A DNA stretch of 64,000 nt from a bacterium (GTDB taxonomy: Bacteria > Hinthialibacterota > Hinthialibacteria > Hinthialibacterales > Hinthialibacteraceae). The stretch spans positions 1,056,001 to 1,120,000 of the forward strand of contig CAXXMV010000002.1 in assembly GCA_963662285.2 (NCBI GenBank). The letters run 5' to 3'. The notes under the pieces are model-generated. The model saw only the letters and a program-made list of their open reading frames with translations, was not told the DNA's origin and ran no database searches. Positions 1-8,190 of this stretch are shown here, piece after piece (position 1 is the first letter of the stretch; every line of letters starts with the position of its first letter). Both the position numbers and the translations under genes were made by a program.

Positions 1-1101
1 CCCTGGGTGAAAGATTCACCCACCCCGACCTGGTATAACGGAACCGCAGAAGAGCATCTGGCCAATACATGGCAGACATGGACTCTTGTTGATCCCCACG
101 CTTCTCTACAGTTGCAAAAGGAGACCCTGGAAGGCTGGTTTATTGATATTTTACCCGATCTGAATCAGAACGATCCCCAAGTCGAACGCTATTTGATTCA
201 GAATACTCTATGGTGGATCGGTATGAGCGGCATGGATGGCATTAGGCAGGATACGTTGCCCTATGTAGGCCGGGGCTTCTGGAGCAAATGGACCGCCGCC
301 ATCAAGAAAGAATACCCTGATTTCATTGTTGTGGGTGAAATGTGGGATGGCAACGCAGGCAAGGTCTCATTTTTCCAGGGTGGCGAGTTGCGCTTTGATG
401 GTATTGATTCGGGGATTGACGCATTGTTTGATTTCCCTTTGTTCTATCCATTGCGACGCGCCTTCGCTGAAGGTAAATCGATTCGCCAGGTGGCTGAAGC
501 GCTGAGCATGGATCATCTTTATGTCAGACCTGATCTGCTTGTTACCTTCGCCGGATTGCATGATGTTGCACGATATATGAACGAGACGGGCGCCGATTTT
601 ACGGGATTAAAACTGGCGCATACTTTTTTGATGACCGCCCGCGGCATCCCGCTTATTTATTATGGCGACGAGATCGGCTTGCCGGGAGGCGGCGACCCGG
701 ATAACCGGCGTGATTTCCCCGGTGGATGGGTGGAAGACCAGCGTAACGCCTTCACTAATCAGGGACGCACTGCGCCGGAGCGGGATTTGTTTGATCATAT
801 ACGCAAGGTGATCAAACTTCGTCATGAACTGGAAGCGTTGCGGACAGGCTCAATGCGCCACCTGTATGTTGATGAATGGATATATGTTTATGCGCGCATC
901 CAAGACGGGCAGGTAGTTATAGTCGCCATTAATAACGGAAAAGATGCGGCGGTATGCGATCTTCCAGTTGGGAACTTAGGGATGAATAATGGCGCAGTAC
1001 TAGTGAATCGATTGAATATAGCATCTTCTGTAAAAGTTGAAGATAATAAGATTCATCTATCTTTACCACCGCGTAGCGCATCAATTTTGGTTTTAAGATA
1101 G
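1..1101 (+). CDS. GH13 alpha-amylase/cyclomaltodextrinase-family protein, 5' end outside window
   Basis: Frame open from base 1 (PWVKDSPTPTW...); GH13 catalytic regions GIRQDT, VGEMW, LHDVAR, plus IYYGDEIG and DPDNRRDFPGGW. Confidence 0.9.
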   Translation, partial: PWVKDSPTPTWYNGTAEEHLANTWQTWTLVDPHASLQLQKETLEGWFIDILPDLNQNDPQVERYLIQNTLWWIGMSGMDGIRQDTLPYVGRGFWSKWTAAIKKEYPDFIVVGEMWDGNAGKVSFFQGGELRFDGIDSGIDALFDFPLFYPLRRAFAEGKSIRQVAEALSMDHLYVRPDLLVTFAGLHDVARYMNETGADFTGLKLAHTFLMTARGIPLIYYGDEIGLPGGGDPDNRRDFPGGWVEDQRNAFTNQGRTAPERDLFDHIRKVIKLRHELEALRTGSMRHLYVDEWIYVYARIQDGQVVIVAINNGKDAAVCDLPVGNLGMNNGAVLVNRLNIASSVKVEDNKIHLSLPPRSASILVLR

Positions 1102-1130
1102 TATAATATTAATTCATGAAGTGTTTTTTG

Positions 1131-1166
1131 AAGCCGCTTCGGGTAGATTCTCGAAGCGGTTTTATT
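1131..1166 (+). terminator. Intrinsic terminator after the GH13 gene
   Basis: Stem AGCCGCTTCGGG / CTCGAAGCGGTT followed by a T-rich tail. Confidence 0.7.
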
Positions 1167-1254
1167 ATGGACAAAAATGGATTTTAGCGATATTAATAAG
1201 TGGTTATGGTTTATGTATTGGATCTATTAGAGAGAGATTTGTTAAGGAAATTTA

Positions 1255-3261
1255 ATGTTGAAAAGACGGCAATTTTATTTATTAGTAATGTTTGGCATGA
1301 TTCATTCAGTATTTGCAGCGGACGATGTAGTGATCAACGAAATTTATTATAATCCGTTTGATGACGCTGATTCTGAATTTGTTGAAATCTATAATCCCAC
1401 TTCACGTACTATAGACTTAAGTGCATGTTCTTTCACGGATGGCGTCTATTATTCATTTCCAGAGGGCGCCAAATTAACAGCGGGTGGATATGCTGTTATC
1501 GTTCGCTTTACCAATGCCCAGGCGTGGTCTGGAAAAACCTATGATATTTATGGACCGTTTATCGATGAATTAGACGATAAAGGCGAACTGATCCGCCTGC
1601 GTTCTCGTGATGGTCGGGTGATTGATGAAGTGGAGTATGATGATTATGTTCCATGGCCTACCGGGGCTGATGGTTATGGCTCAAGTTTGGAACGGATCAG
1701 CCCTGATCTTCCATCAAGTGATTATCATTCCTGGCGCGCTTCATTATCTGTTGCTCGTCATATCCGACAAGCGGGCGGCAGTCCCGGCGCCAAAAATTCG
1801 GTTTTTGACGTTGCTCCTAAACCAATGATTTCAGAGTGGCGAATTACTCCAGAGTTTCCCACTTCAAGCGATGAGGTCTATCTACAAGTTGTATTGGATG
1901 GCGCCGACTTGATTCAAAACGTGATACTGCGCTATGAGACGGTGAAGGGAACCGCTGTATCTTCAGTTATGACGGCAACCATGTCGCAGGAAGAGACCGA
2001 TGGAGAATTAGTGGTTTATGGCGCTGCGCTTGCGGCACAGGATTCTCAAACTCTGGTAAGATGGGTAGCCGAAGTGACGCTGAAGAATAACGAGCAAGTC
2101 ACAGTTCCACATTCGGCTGAAGCGCGGCCATTTAATTCATTTTTTATCTATGATAGAGACATTCCCTCGTTGCTTCCTGTGCTTTGGTTTTATCTACGGC
2201 CCCAAACTAGATTGACGCCAAGTACGCAAATAGTTTCTGGAGTTGTGATCAAAGAGGATTCGGAAGAGTTTGTCAGAGTCTATGATGGAGCGCGTATCGA
2301 GGTTTCGCGCAATGGCCATAAAATCCGTTTTCTAAAACATGAAGAATATCATGGTAACCGCACGCTGAATATGCTTCCCGAAAGCCCGCCGGTTGGAACG
2401 ACTTCCGGCCCTCAGACTCCGCATGTGGAGCAATTATCCTATGAAATATTTGAAGATTTCGGGGTGATGGTTCCTCATGGGTATTGGTTTAGAGTTATTA
2501 GCGGAACCCGGCATACTCAGCAAGTTTTGATTCAACAGACTAATGAGAGTTTTCTGGAAATAAATGGGCGAGATTCGACTGGCAATATATATAAAATCGC
2601 TTATAACGAATCAGGCGGTTATAAAAAGATGACCAATACCCTGGAGGACGATTCCGATTACCGCCAGTTGCTTGATAATATAGGTATGGGAAGCGAATCC
2701 CAACGTAAGGCGGCCATTTACCGATACTTGGATGTGGAAAAGGTAATGGGATACGAAGTGGCTGGCGTATTGATGAGCAATTGGGATGGCTTTTTTAATA
2801 ATATGTTTCTCTATCATGATCCCATGATGGATCAGTGGGAATGCATCCCCTGGGACCTTGATAAAACCTTTGGGTATGCCAGCGCTTCCGCCAAAATGTT
2901 TGCGGAAATGCCCATCGATTATCCCCTTGATGGACGAGCAGCGCAATCATCGCGTGATCCTGGACCGATATCAAGACCATTCCACAGAATCGGGGAACTG
3001 CATGAGGAATACAAATTACGCTTGCGCCAGGGACTCAATGGCTTGTTTTCACAGGAACGTATTGGCGCTATGATTGATGAGGTTGAAGATTTTTTGTTGG
3101 AAGATTTGGAATTGCAGGAAGATTATACCAATAGGTCGGTCACCACACGCCGAAATCAGATTATTCAGTCCTATGAGACCATGCGCACTTTCATGCGCTT
3201 GCGGCATCAATATCTGGATGGCGTGTTGCCTGTTCCGGTGAGCGATTGGCAACTTTATTGA
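1255..3261 (+). CDS. Secreted lamin-tail-domain (LTD) + CotH kinase-family protein
   Basis: Signal-peptide-like N-terminus; LTD start VVINEIYYNP..SEFVEIYN and WPTGADGYGSSLER; CotH-type NWDGFFNNMFLY and IPWDLDKTFG. Confidence 0.8.
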   Translation: MLKRRQFYLLVMFGMIHSVFAADDVVINEIYYNPFDDADSEFVEIYNPTSRTIDLSACSFTDGVYYSFPEGAKLTAGGYAVIVRFTNAQAWSGKTYDIYGPFIDELDDKGELIRLRSRDGRVIDEVEYDDYVPWPTGADGYGSSLERISPDLPSSDYHSWRASLSVARHIRQAGGSPGAKNSVFDVAPKPMISEWRITPEFPTSSDEVYLQVVLDGADLIQNVILRYETVKGTAVSSVMTATMSQEETDGELVVYGAALAAQDSQTLVRWVAEVTLKNNEQVTVPHSAEARPFNSFFIYDRDIPSLLPVLWFYLRPQTRLTPSTQIVSGVVIKEDSEEFVRVYDGARIEVSRNGHKIRFLKHEEYHGNRTLNMLPESPPVGTTSGPQTPHVEQLSYEIFEDFGVMVPHGYWFRVISGTRHTQQVLIQQTNESFLEINGRDSTGNIYKIAYNESGGYKKMTNTLEDDSDYRQLLDNIGMGSESQRKAAIYRYLDVEKVMGYEVAGVLMSNWDGFFNNMFLYHDPMMDQWECIPWDLDKTFGYASASAKMFAEMPIDYPLDGRAAQSSRDPGPISRPFHRIGELHEEYKLRLRQGLNGLFSQERIGAMIDEVEDFLLEDLELQEDYTNRSVTTRRNQIIQSYETMRTFMRLRHQYLDGVLPVPVSDWQLY

Positions 3262-3418
3262 TGGATGGCAAGGGCAAGACCGCATTGCGGTCAGTCCTTG
3301 ATCAAACCACTTACGATAAGGTGAGGGCTATTCTAAAAACAATTTGGATGGCTCTTTTACTTATTTTTAATGTCAGGTATTTAACGTAGTTTTTAGTGTA
3401 TCAAATTTTGGATAAACC

Positions 3419-4609
3419 ATGAATATGGAAGAATCGTCGTTATTTTTTGAACAGCAGGCCAAAGAGAATGGTTTTCTCCGTATCGCCGGAGTGGACGAAG
3501 TGGGGCGGGGGCCATTGGCTGGTCCGGTAGTGGCGGCGGCGGTGATTCTGCCTGATGACATAGCCCCGCAAATCCTGGGCGGGGTGCGCGATTCGAAGCA
3601 ACTGACCGAAATGGCTCGCGAAAGGTATTACGAAATAATCACCCATACGTCTGCGGGATGCGCTGTGGCGCAAGCCTCTGAGCGGGAGATAGAAGAGACC
3701 GATATCCGCCAGGCTTCTTTGCTGGCCATGCTCCGCGCAGTGGATGATTTGAATCCCGCGCCGGATTATGCGTTGATTGATGGACGTGATCTGCCCGGTC
3801 TGGAAATCCCCGGCGAGGCCATCATCAAAGGCGATTCCCGTTCACTGACTATCGGCGCCGCATCGATTGTGGCTAAAGTTACCCGCGACCGCATGATGGT
3901 TGCGCTGGATAAACAGTATCCCCATTATGGTTTTGAGCGTCATAAGGGATATCCTACCAAGTATCACCGCGTCGCTTTGAGCCTGTTCGGCGTCTGCGAC
4001 CTGCACCGCCGGACCTATGCTCCAGTGGCGAAGTGTCTTGGAACGGTCGAGACCAGCGCTGGTTTTATGGCATTCGTAGAAAAGATCATGCAGACATCAA
4101 CCGTCGATGGGCTGAACCAGCTGAATGATCAATTAACCAAATTGACCCTGCCGCCGGATGAGGAATACTACTTAAAAACGCGCATTAAATATACTGTGGA
4201 TTCTATTAAAAAAGAGTTTCGTAGCAAGAAGCCCGCTACGGTTGACCGAGGCGCGGATCATGAAACCTTGGCGATTGATTATATGATCCGCAAAGGCTAC
4301 GCCCTGTGGGAGCGTAATTTTCATTGCCGCCAGGGCGAGGTCGACCTTATTATGAATAAGGATTCGCTGATTGTTTTTGTGGAGGTGAAATCCCGCTCCA
4401 CCAAAGAATTCGGAATGCCCTACGAAGCGGTTGACGCCAAAAAACGCAAAAAAATCATCCAAGCCGCTGATAAATACCTGCTGGATCGCGGCATGTATCA
4501 GGGATGGGATATCCGATACGACGTAATCTCCATCCTGGCGCCGAAAAACCAACCTACGCAGATAGAGTATTTCGAAGACGCATTCAGGGTTGAAGGTGAG
4601 TTGGGGTGA
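3419..4609 (+). CDS. rnhB: Ribonuclease HII fused to a C-terminal YraN (UPF0102) nuclease domain
   Basis: AGVDEVGRGPLAGPV, DSK, LIDG, KGDS, HKGYPT (RNase HII); ERNF..GEVDLI..VFVEVKSR..RYDVI..EDAF (YraN) in one reading frame. Confidence 0.92.
   Translation: MNMEESSLFFEQQAKENGFLRIAGVDEVGRGPLAGPVVAAAVILPDDIAPQILGGVRDSKQLTEMARERYYEIITHTSAGCAVAQASEREIEETDIRQASLLAMLRAVDDLNPAPDYALIDGRDLPGLEIPGEAIIKGDSRSLTIGAASIVAKVTRDRMMVALDKQYPHYGFERHKGYPTKYHRVALSLFGVCDLHRRTYAPVAKCLGTVETSAGFMAFVEKIMQTSTVDGLNQLNDQLTKLTLPPDEEYYLKTRIKYTVDSIKKEFRSKKPATVDRGADHETLAIDYMIRKGYALWERNFHCRQGEVDLIMNKDSLIVFVEVKSRSTKEFGMPYEAVDAKKRKKIIQAADKYLLDRGMYQGWDIRYDVISILAPKNQPTQIEYFEDAFRVEGELG
4554..4609 (+). repeat. Direct repeat copy 1: 3' end of rnhB-yraN
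   Basis: 41/56 nt identical to 5401-5456; shared 13-bp core TGAAGGTGAGTTG. Confidence 0.85.
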
Positions 4610-4646
4610 ATGTTTGAAGAACCTTGTCAAATGTTCTTATCTGATT

Positions 4647-4970
4647 TTAGGCATGAGCATGGGAAGATTGGCCTTTTTGTAAGGCTGTGATTGTGAATGA
4701 TACTTCCACTTTTTGATCCAATTTGTTCAATATCGTAATTAGACGATCAATAGTCATTCCCTTTAATTGAGGTTTGCGAAGTCTGGAAAATACGGTATGG
4801 TCTACACCCGTTATTTTCGCTGCCTGACGGGTGGACAGTTCCCGTTCATTTAGAATTTTAACGATTTCAGAAGCGAGCAAGACTTTGGTTTGCCGTACAT
4901 CTGCATCGGGCAGGTTAAAATCTTGGTAAATGTTTCCACTACCTCGGATAATTTCTATATCTTCACTCAT
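4647..4970 (-). CDS. XRE-family HTH antitoxin (HigA-like)
   Basis: GSGNIYQDFNLPDA N-terminal motif, HTH LSTRQAAKITGVDHTVFSRL, TIDRL; ATGA overlap with the upstream toxin. Confidence 0.85.
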   Translation of the reverse strand: MSEDIEIIRGSGNIYQDFNLPDADVRQTKVLLASEIVKILNERELSTRQAAKITGVDHTVFSRLRKPQLKGMTIDRLITILNKLDQKVEVSFTITALQKGQSSHAHA

Positions 4971-5317
4971 CCCAATACCTCTTTTATTTTTTTGATCCTA
5001 TTCCGTATTAAATCTATTTCATGTTTAGGCGTCTTAATCCCAATTGTTGATTTCTTCTTAAACGCATGAACAACCCATAAATCATTGCCGATTTTAACAG
5101 CGTAAACGGTTCTGAATGTATCGCCTCGATGTCGAAGAGCAATTTCAAAAACACCCGAACCAAATCCTTTTAAGGGCTTGGCGATTTCTGGCATATTGCC
5201 ATCAGCAGCATAAGAAAGAATATCTCTAATCTCGTCTTGGGCTGCCTTGGGAAATTCTTCAAAATCTTTCCGGGCGGATTTAATCCACGAGATGTGCCGT
5301 TGCGTTTCTCTAACCAT
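4967..5317 (-). CDS. Type II toxin, RelE/ParE superfamily (Gp49/HigB-like)
   Basis: KPLKGFGSGVFEI, FRTVYAV, VVHAFKKKS..GIKTPKHEIDLI; toxin-first order; start moved to ATG 5317 because 5318-5351 looks like promoter/operator. Confidence 0.85.
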   Translation of the reverse strand: MVRETQRHISWIKSARKDFEEFPKAAQDEIRDILSYAADGNMPEIAKPLKGFGSGVFEIALRHRGDTFRTVYAVKIGNDLWVVHAFKKKSTIGIKTPKHEIDLIRNRIKKIKEVLG

Positions 5318-5322
5318 AACTA

Positions 5323-5351
5323 ATGTTGTCTTATTTAACAACACTTGTCAA
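5323..5351 (-). promoter_or_regulatory. TA promoter with overlapping operator palindrome
   Basis: Minus-strand TTGACA (5351-5346), 17 nt, CAACAT (5328-5323); inverted repeat TGTTGT-N8-ACAACA at 5324-5343. Confidence 0.65.
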
Positions 5352-5400
5352 TGCTTTTTTTTATCTGCGAAGGTTTTGCGGTTGAGAAGAAGAGGCTTGT

Positions 5401-5456
5401 CTATGCAATTAGAATACTTTGAAGATGCTTTTAGAACTGAAGGTGAGTTGTGGTAG
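5401..5456 (+). repeat. Direct repeat copy 2: orphan diverged yraN 3' end
   Basis: Translates MQLEYFEDAFRTEGELW* versus TQIEYFEDAFRVEGELG* at the real gene end. Confidence 0.85.
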
Positions 5457-5472
5457 GTTTTTAAGAATCGTC

Positions 5473-6315
5473 CTAGTTCGGTAAGTAAATATGTTCTTTA
5501 TTAGCGTTGTTCTCAACCGCAGTAACTGGAAGCAATCTTAACCATTCTTTTGACCATTTTTGTTTTTCAAGCAAGGTTTGAATATCCTTCCAACATCCAC
5601 CATGTGTTTTATTGTTATGGTACAAACGATCTAGAACAACGTAAATCAAATTGTTTTGTTGGTCTGGTTGTTTTTCTTTTTGTAGGCGTGCGGCTCTTCT
5701 TAATAGAAATGGAGCATCGACCGGCCAATGATCCTTGACCTGTTTGACAAATAATTTTTTTAGATAATTATTGATTTTGTCAGATAATGGATTAATGCTT
5801 AGTAAAGCGTTGAAAGCGTAAGCGGCGGTTTCTGGAATATCAAAAATTTCTTCCCAAAAATCCCGCTCAGATTCGTATATTTGATAGCCCATCGCCGCCC
5901 TGATCGCCGCCTGGAAAACCTTTTTGGGATAATTACCTTTTTGTTTGATAGATCGCAAAAATTCATCAGAATAAGGTTTCAATTCTGCTGGAGAAGTCAT
6001 ATCAACTATGCTGCACAGTCGGGTAAAGGCATCTATGTGGTCTTCATTTAACTGGCGGGGAGTATCAAATAACCAGGATTTCGCCTCTTCATAAACCTCA
6101 ATACAACCATTAATTATTGCGCGATGATAGAAATCAGGTAATGCGTCATTCCTTAAAACTTGAATCAGCAAATCTTCACTTGGCTCTAAAAAATAGCCTG
6201 AGCCAACCGTAGTCATATCATCACCCATTATTCTTTCTTTGGCTAAGGTTTTAATTATTGTTTCTTCCTTAGAGTAAGAAAGGATGTATTGAGCTGCTAA
6301 TTCTTTGGTTATCAT
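5473..6315 (-). CDS. Hypothetical, probably all-helical protein (280 aa)
   Basis: Long AT-rich ORF; ATG at 6315 overlaps the stop of the upstream frame (ATGA); no recognised motif. Confidence 0.7.
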   Translation of the reverse strand: MITKELAAQYILSYSKEETIIKTLAKERIMGDDMTTVGSGYFLEPSEDLLIQVLRNDALPDFYHRAIINGCIEVYEEAKSWLFDTPRQLNEDHIDAFTRLCSIVDMTSPAELKPYSDEFLRSIKQKGNYPKKVFQAAIRAAMGYQIYESERDFWEEIFDIPETAAYAFNALLSINPLSDKINNYLKKLFVKQVKDHWPVDAPFLLRRAARLQKEKQPDQQNNLIYVVLDRLYHNNKTHGGCWKDIQTLLEKQKWSKEWLRLLPVTAVENNANKEHIYLPN

Positions 6316-6608
6316 TGTCTTGTTCTTAATTCCCAGATTTTTGGTGTTACGGAGCAACCTCTATGAACTGCCTCAGGTAAACCATGATGATTATTTGGAT
6401 CAAGAGGTTTTGTCATTCCTGTCTTCGCTTCACAATCTTCAACAATGCTGAATGCAGAATTATCAAGAGCATCGAGAGATCGTGGAACGTGTAATAAGCC
6501 TTCGATGTCTTCTTTCTTATATGAACATATTATACATCGGTTTTCATTTTTTAGGTCTTTTAGTCCTAATCGGTCGCAAACGGTATCAATCTTGTAATCG
6601 ACAGTTAA
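6312..6608 (-). pseudogene. 5'-truncated gene remnant coupled to the downstream hypothetical gene
   Basis: 98 sense codons between stops with no N-terminal ATG/GTG/TTG (LTVDYKIDTVCDRLGL...VPRSLDALDNSAF...GMTKPLDPNNHHGLPEAVHRG...RQ*); TGA 6314-6312 overlaps ATG 6315-6313. Confidence 0.6.
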
Positions 6609-6654
6609 TCATTGGTGCGCTATGATGCGGGAGTGAAAGGATTTAGGAAAACCT

Positions 6655-7605
6655 ATGAGCGAATTTTCCATCCCGCAGATCGAGTCGGTTGTTCGTTGTT
6701 GCCTTCCTCAGACGGAGTGCGCCATAGAAATCCAGCCAATTGCTTCTGGATTGTTTAATACTTCATTTTTTATAAAGACTATTGAAGGTGAGTGGGTGTT
6801 GCGCATCGCCCCGCCCAAGGATTCTGAGTTCTGCTTTTACGAAAGAGGCATGATGCGGCAAGAGCCTCATCTTCATAAACTTGTGGCTGAAAAAACCTCT
6901 ACGCCGGTTGCTGGGATCATCAAATATGACGACTCGCTGGAATTGATTGACCGCGAATATATGCTTATGGAAAGGTTGCCCGGTAAGCCGATGTCGGACG
7001 CTGCTGGAATCGACCAGGATAAAGTCCTGCGGCAAATGGGGCGCTATCTCGCCCAGGTTCACAGCATAACCTCTGATAAATACGGCTATAACGGAGCGCA
7101 TAAGCCGATGGCGCCTCAGACCATATGGGCTGACGCTTTCAAGATTATGTGGAACAAGTTGGTTGATGATATCGTCCGGGTTGGCCACTACGATGAACCA
7201 GAAAGCCGCCTGTTGCGTGATTTACTGCATAGATGCCTCAAGCATTTTGACCGTCCGGTTCAATCCAGTCTGCTGCACATGGACTTCTGGCAGCAGAATA
7301 TACTTATTGATGAGGACTCGGTTATAACTGGAGTTCTGGACTGGGATCGCGCTCTTTGGGGTGATGTGGAGATTGAGTTCGCCGTGCTCGATTATTGCGG
7401 GATATCTCAGCCAGCCTTCTGGGAGGGATACGGTCAGAAACGCGACCGTTCCGAGGGATCGAGAATCCGGGGCGTATTCTATTTTCTCTACGAGTTGCAA
7501 AAATACATCGTCATCCGTCAAGGACGCCATAATGATAGGGAAGGCGCTTTGCAATACAAACAGCAGGTAATGCAATTCCTCAAACAGTGTTTCGGCGGCC
7601 TTTAG
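6655..7605 (+). CDS. Aminoglycoside phosphotransferase/choline kinase-family protein
   Basis: SGLFN, WVLRIAP, LMERLPG, Brenner-type LLHMDFWQQNIL and GVLDWD motifs. Confidence 0.85.
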   Translation: MSEFSIPQIESVVRCCLPQTECAIEIQPIASGLFNTSFFIKTIEGEWVLRIAPPKDSEFCFYERGMMRQEPHLHKLVAEKTSTPVAGIIKYDDSLELIDREYMLMERLPGKPMSDAAGIDQDKVLRQMGRYLAQVHSITSDKYGYNGAHKPMAPQTIWADAFKIMWNKLVDDIVRVGHYDEPESRLLRDLLHRCLKHFDRPVQSSLLHMDFWQQNILIDEDSVITGVLDWDRALWGDVEIEFAVLDYCGISQPAFWEGYGQKRDRSEGSRIRGVFYFLYELQKYIVIRQGRHNDREGALQYKQQVMQFLKQCFGGL

Positions 7606-7725
7606 GGTTGAATCATGATATAATTTCAGACCTCCTGAGCTCACCCGTGGTTTGCGGTTCTCGCGGGATTTTGTTAGGATACTGGAGGGAAGGCCAATCC
7701 TGCAGAGTATGAGGGAGTTAAAAAA

Positions 7726-8190
7726 ATGCCGCAGACCTTATTACCTCTATTCGCATCAGGCGAAGGATTCATATCCGAGTTGATTTCCTATCAAAAAAAA
7801 GATGGATCGGTGTACTACTTTCATGCCGGATTACCGGTTTTCAGTCATGGGGAAACCGACCTTAAAAGTTTTCGCATGTTCACCAGCCAGTTGGCGGTCA
7901 GTGGAGTCTGCCGCCAAGTTGACATCGTTAGAGCCTTTGGCATCAGCGCCATCAGTATGAAGCGATGGGTCAAGAAATACCGCGAGGAAGGCCCGGAAGC
8001 ATTCTTCAAAACTCCGCGCCGACGCAGCGAACATGTCCTGACGCCGGAGGTCTTGCAAAAAACCCAAGACCTCTTATCGCAGGGCGTGAGCCGTTCCGAA
8101 GCAGCGAAGCAAATGAATCTAAAATCGAATACCTTGTCGAAGGCGATCTGCGCAGGCCGCTTGACCGAACCGGTAAAAAAAAAGACCTGA
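7726..8190 (+). CDS. IS orfA, HTH DNA-binding part of the transposase
   Basis: RBS GAGGGAG; HTH QVDIVRAFGISAISMKRWVKKYREEG; ends in an A9G run. Confidence 0.8.
   Translation: MPQTLLPLFASGEGFISELISYQKKDGSVYYFHAGLPVFSHGETDLKSFRMFTSQLAVSGVCRQVDIVRAFGISAISMKRWVKKYREEGPEAFFKTPRRRSEHVLTPEVLQKTQDLLSQGVSRSEAAKQMNLKSNTLSKAICAGRLTEPVKKKT

Noticed and set aside
5247-5456. 69-aa plus-strand ORF ending in EYFEDAFRTEGELW
   Set aside because: Only the last 17 codons are meaningful (the yraN repeat); the rest is antisense to the toxin gene and its promoter.
6655-7605. Aminoglycoside resistance gene
   Set aside because: Only the general APH/choline-kinase fold motifs are visible; substrate cannot be assigned, and no link to the odd rpsL can be shown.
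7965-8174. N-terminal 70 codons of the 652-aa ORF in the track
   Set aside because: Overlaps orfA out of frame and lacks an RBS; better explained as open frame upstream of the frameshift site.
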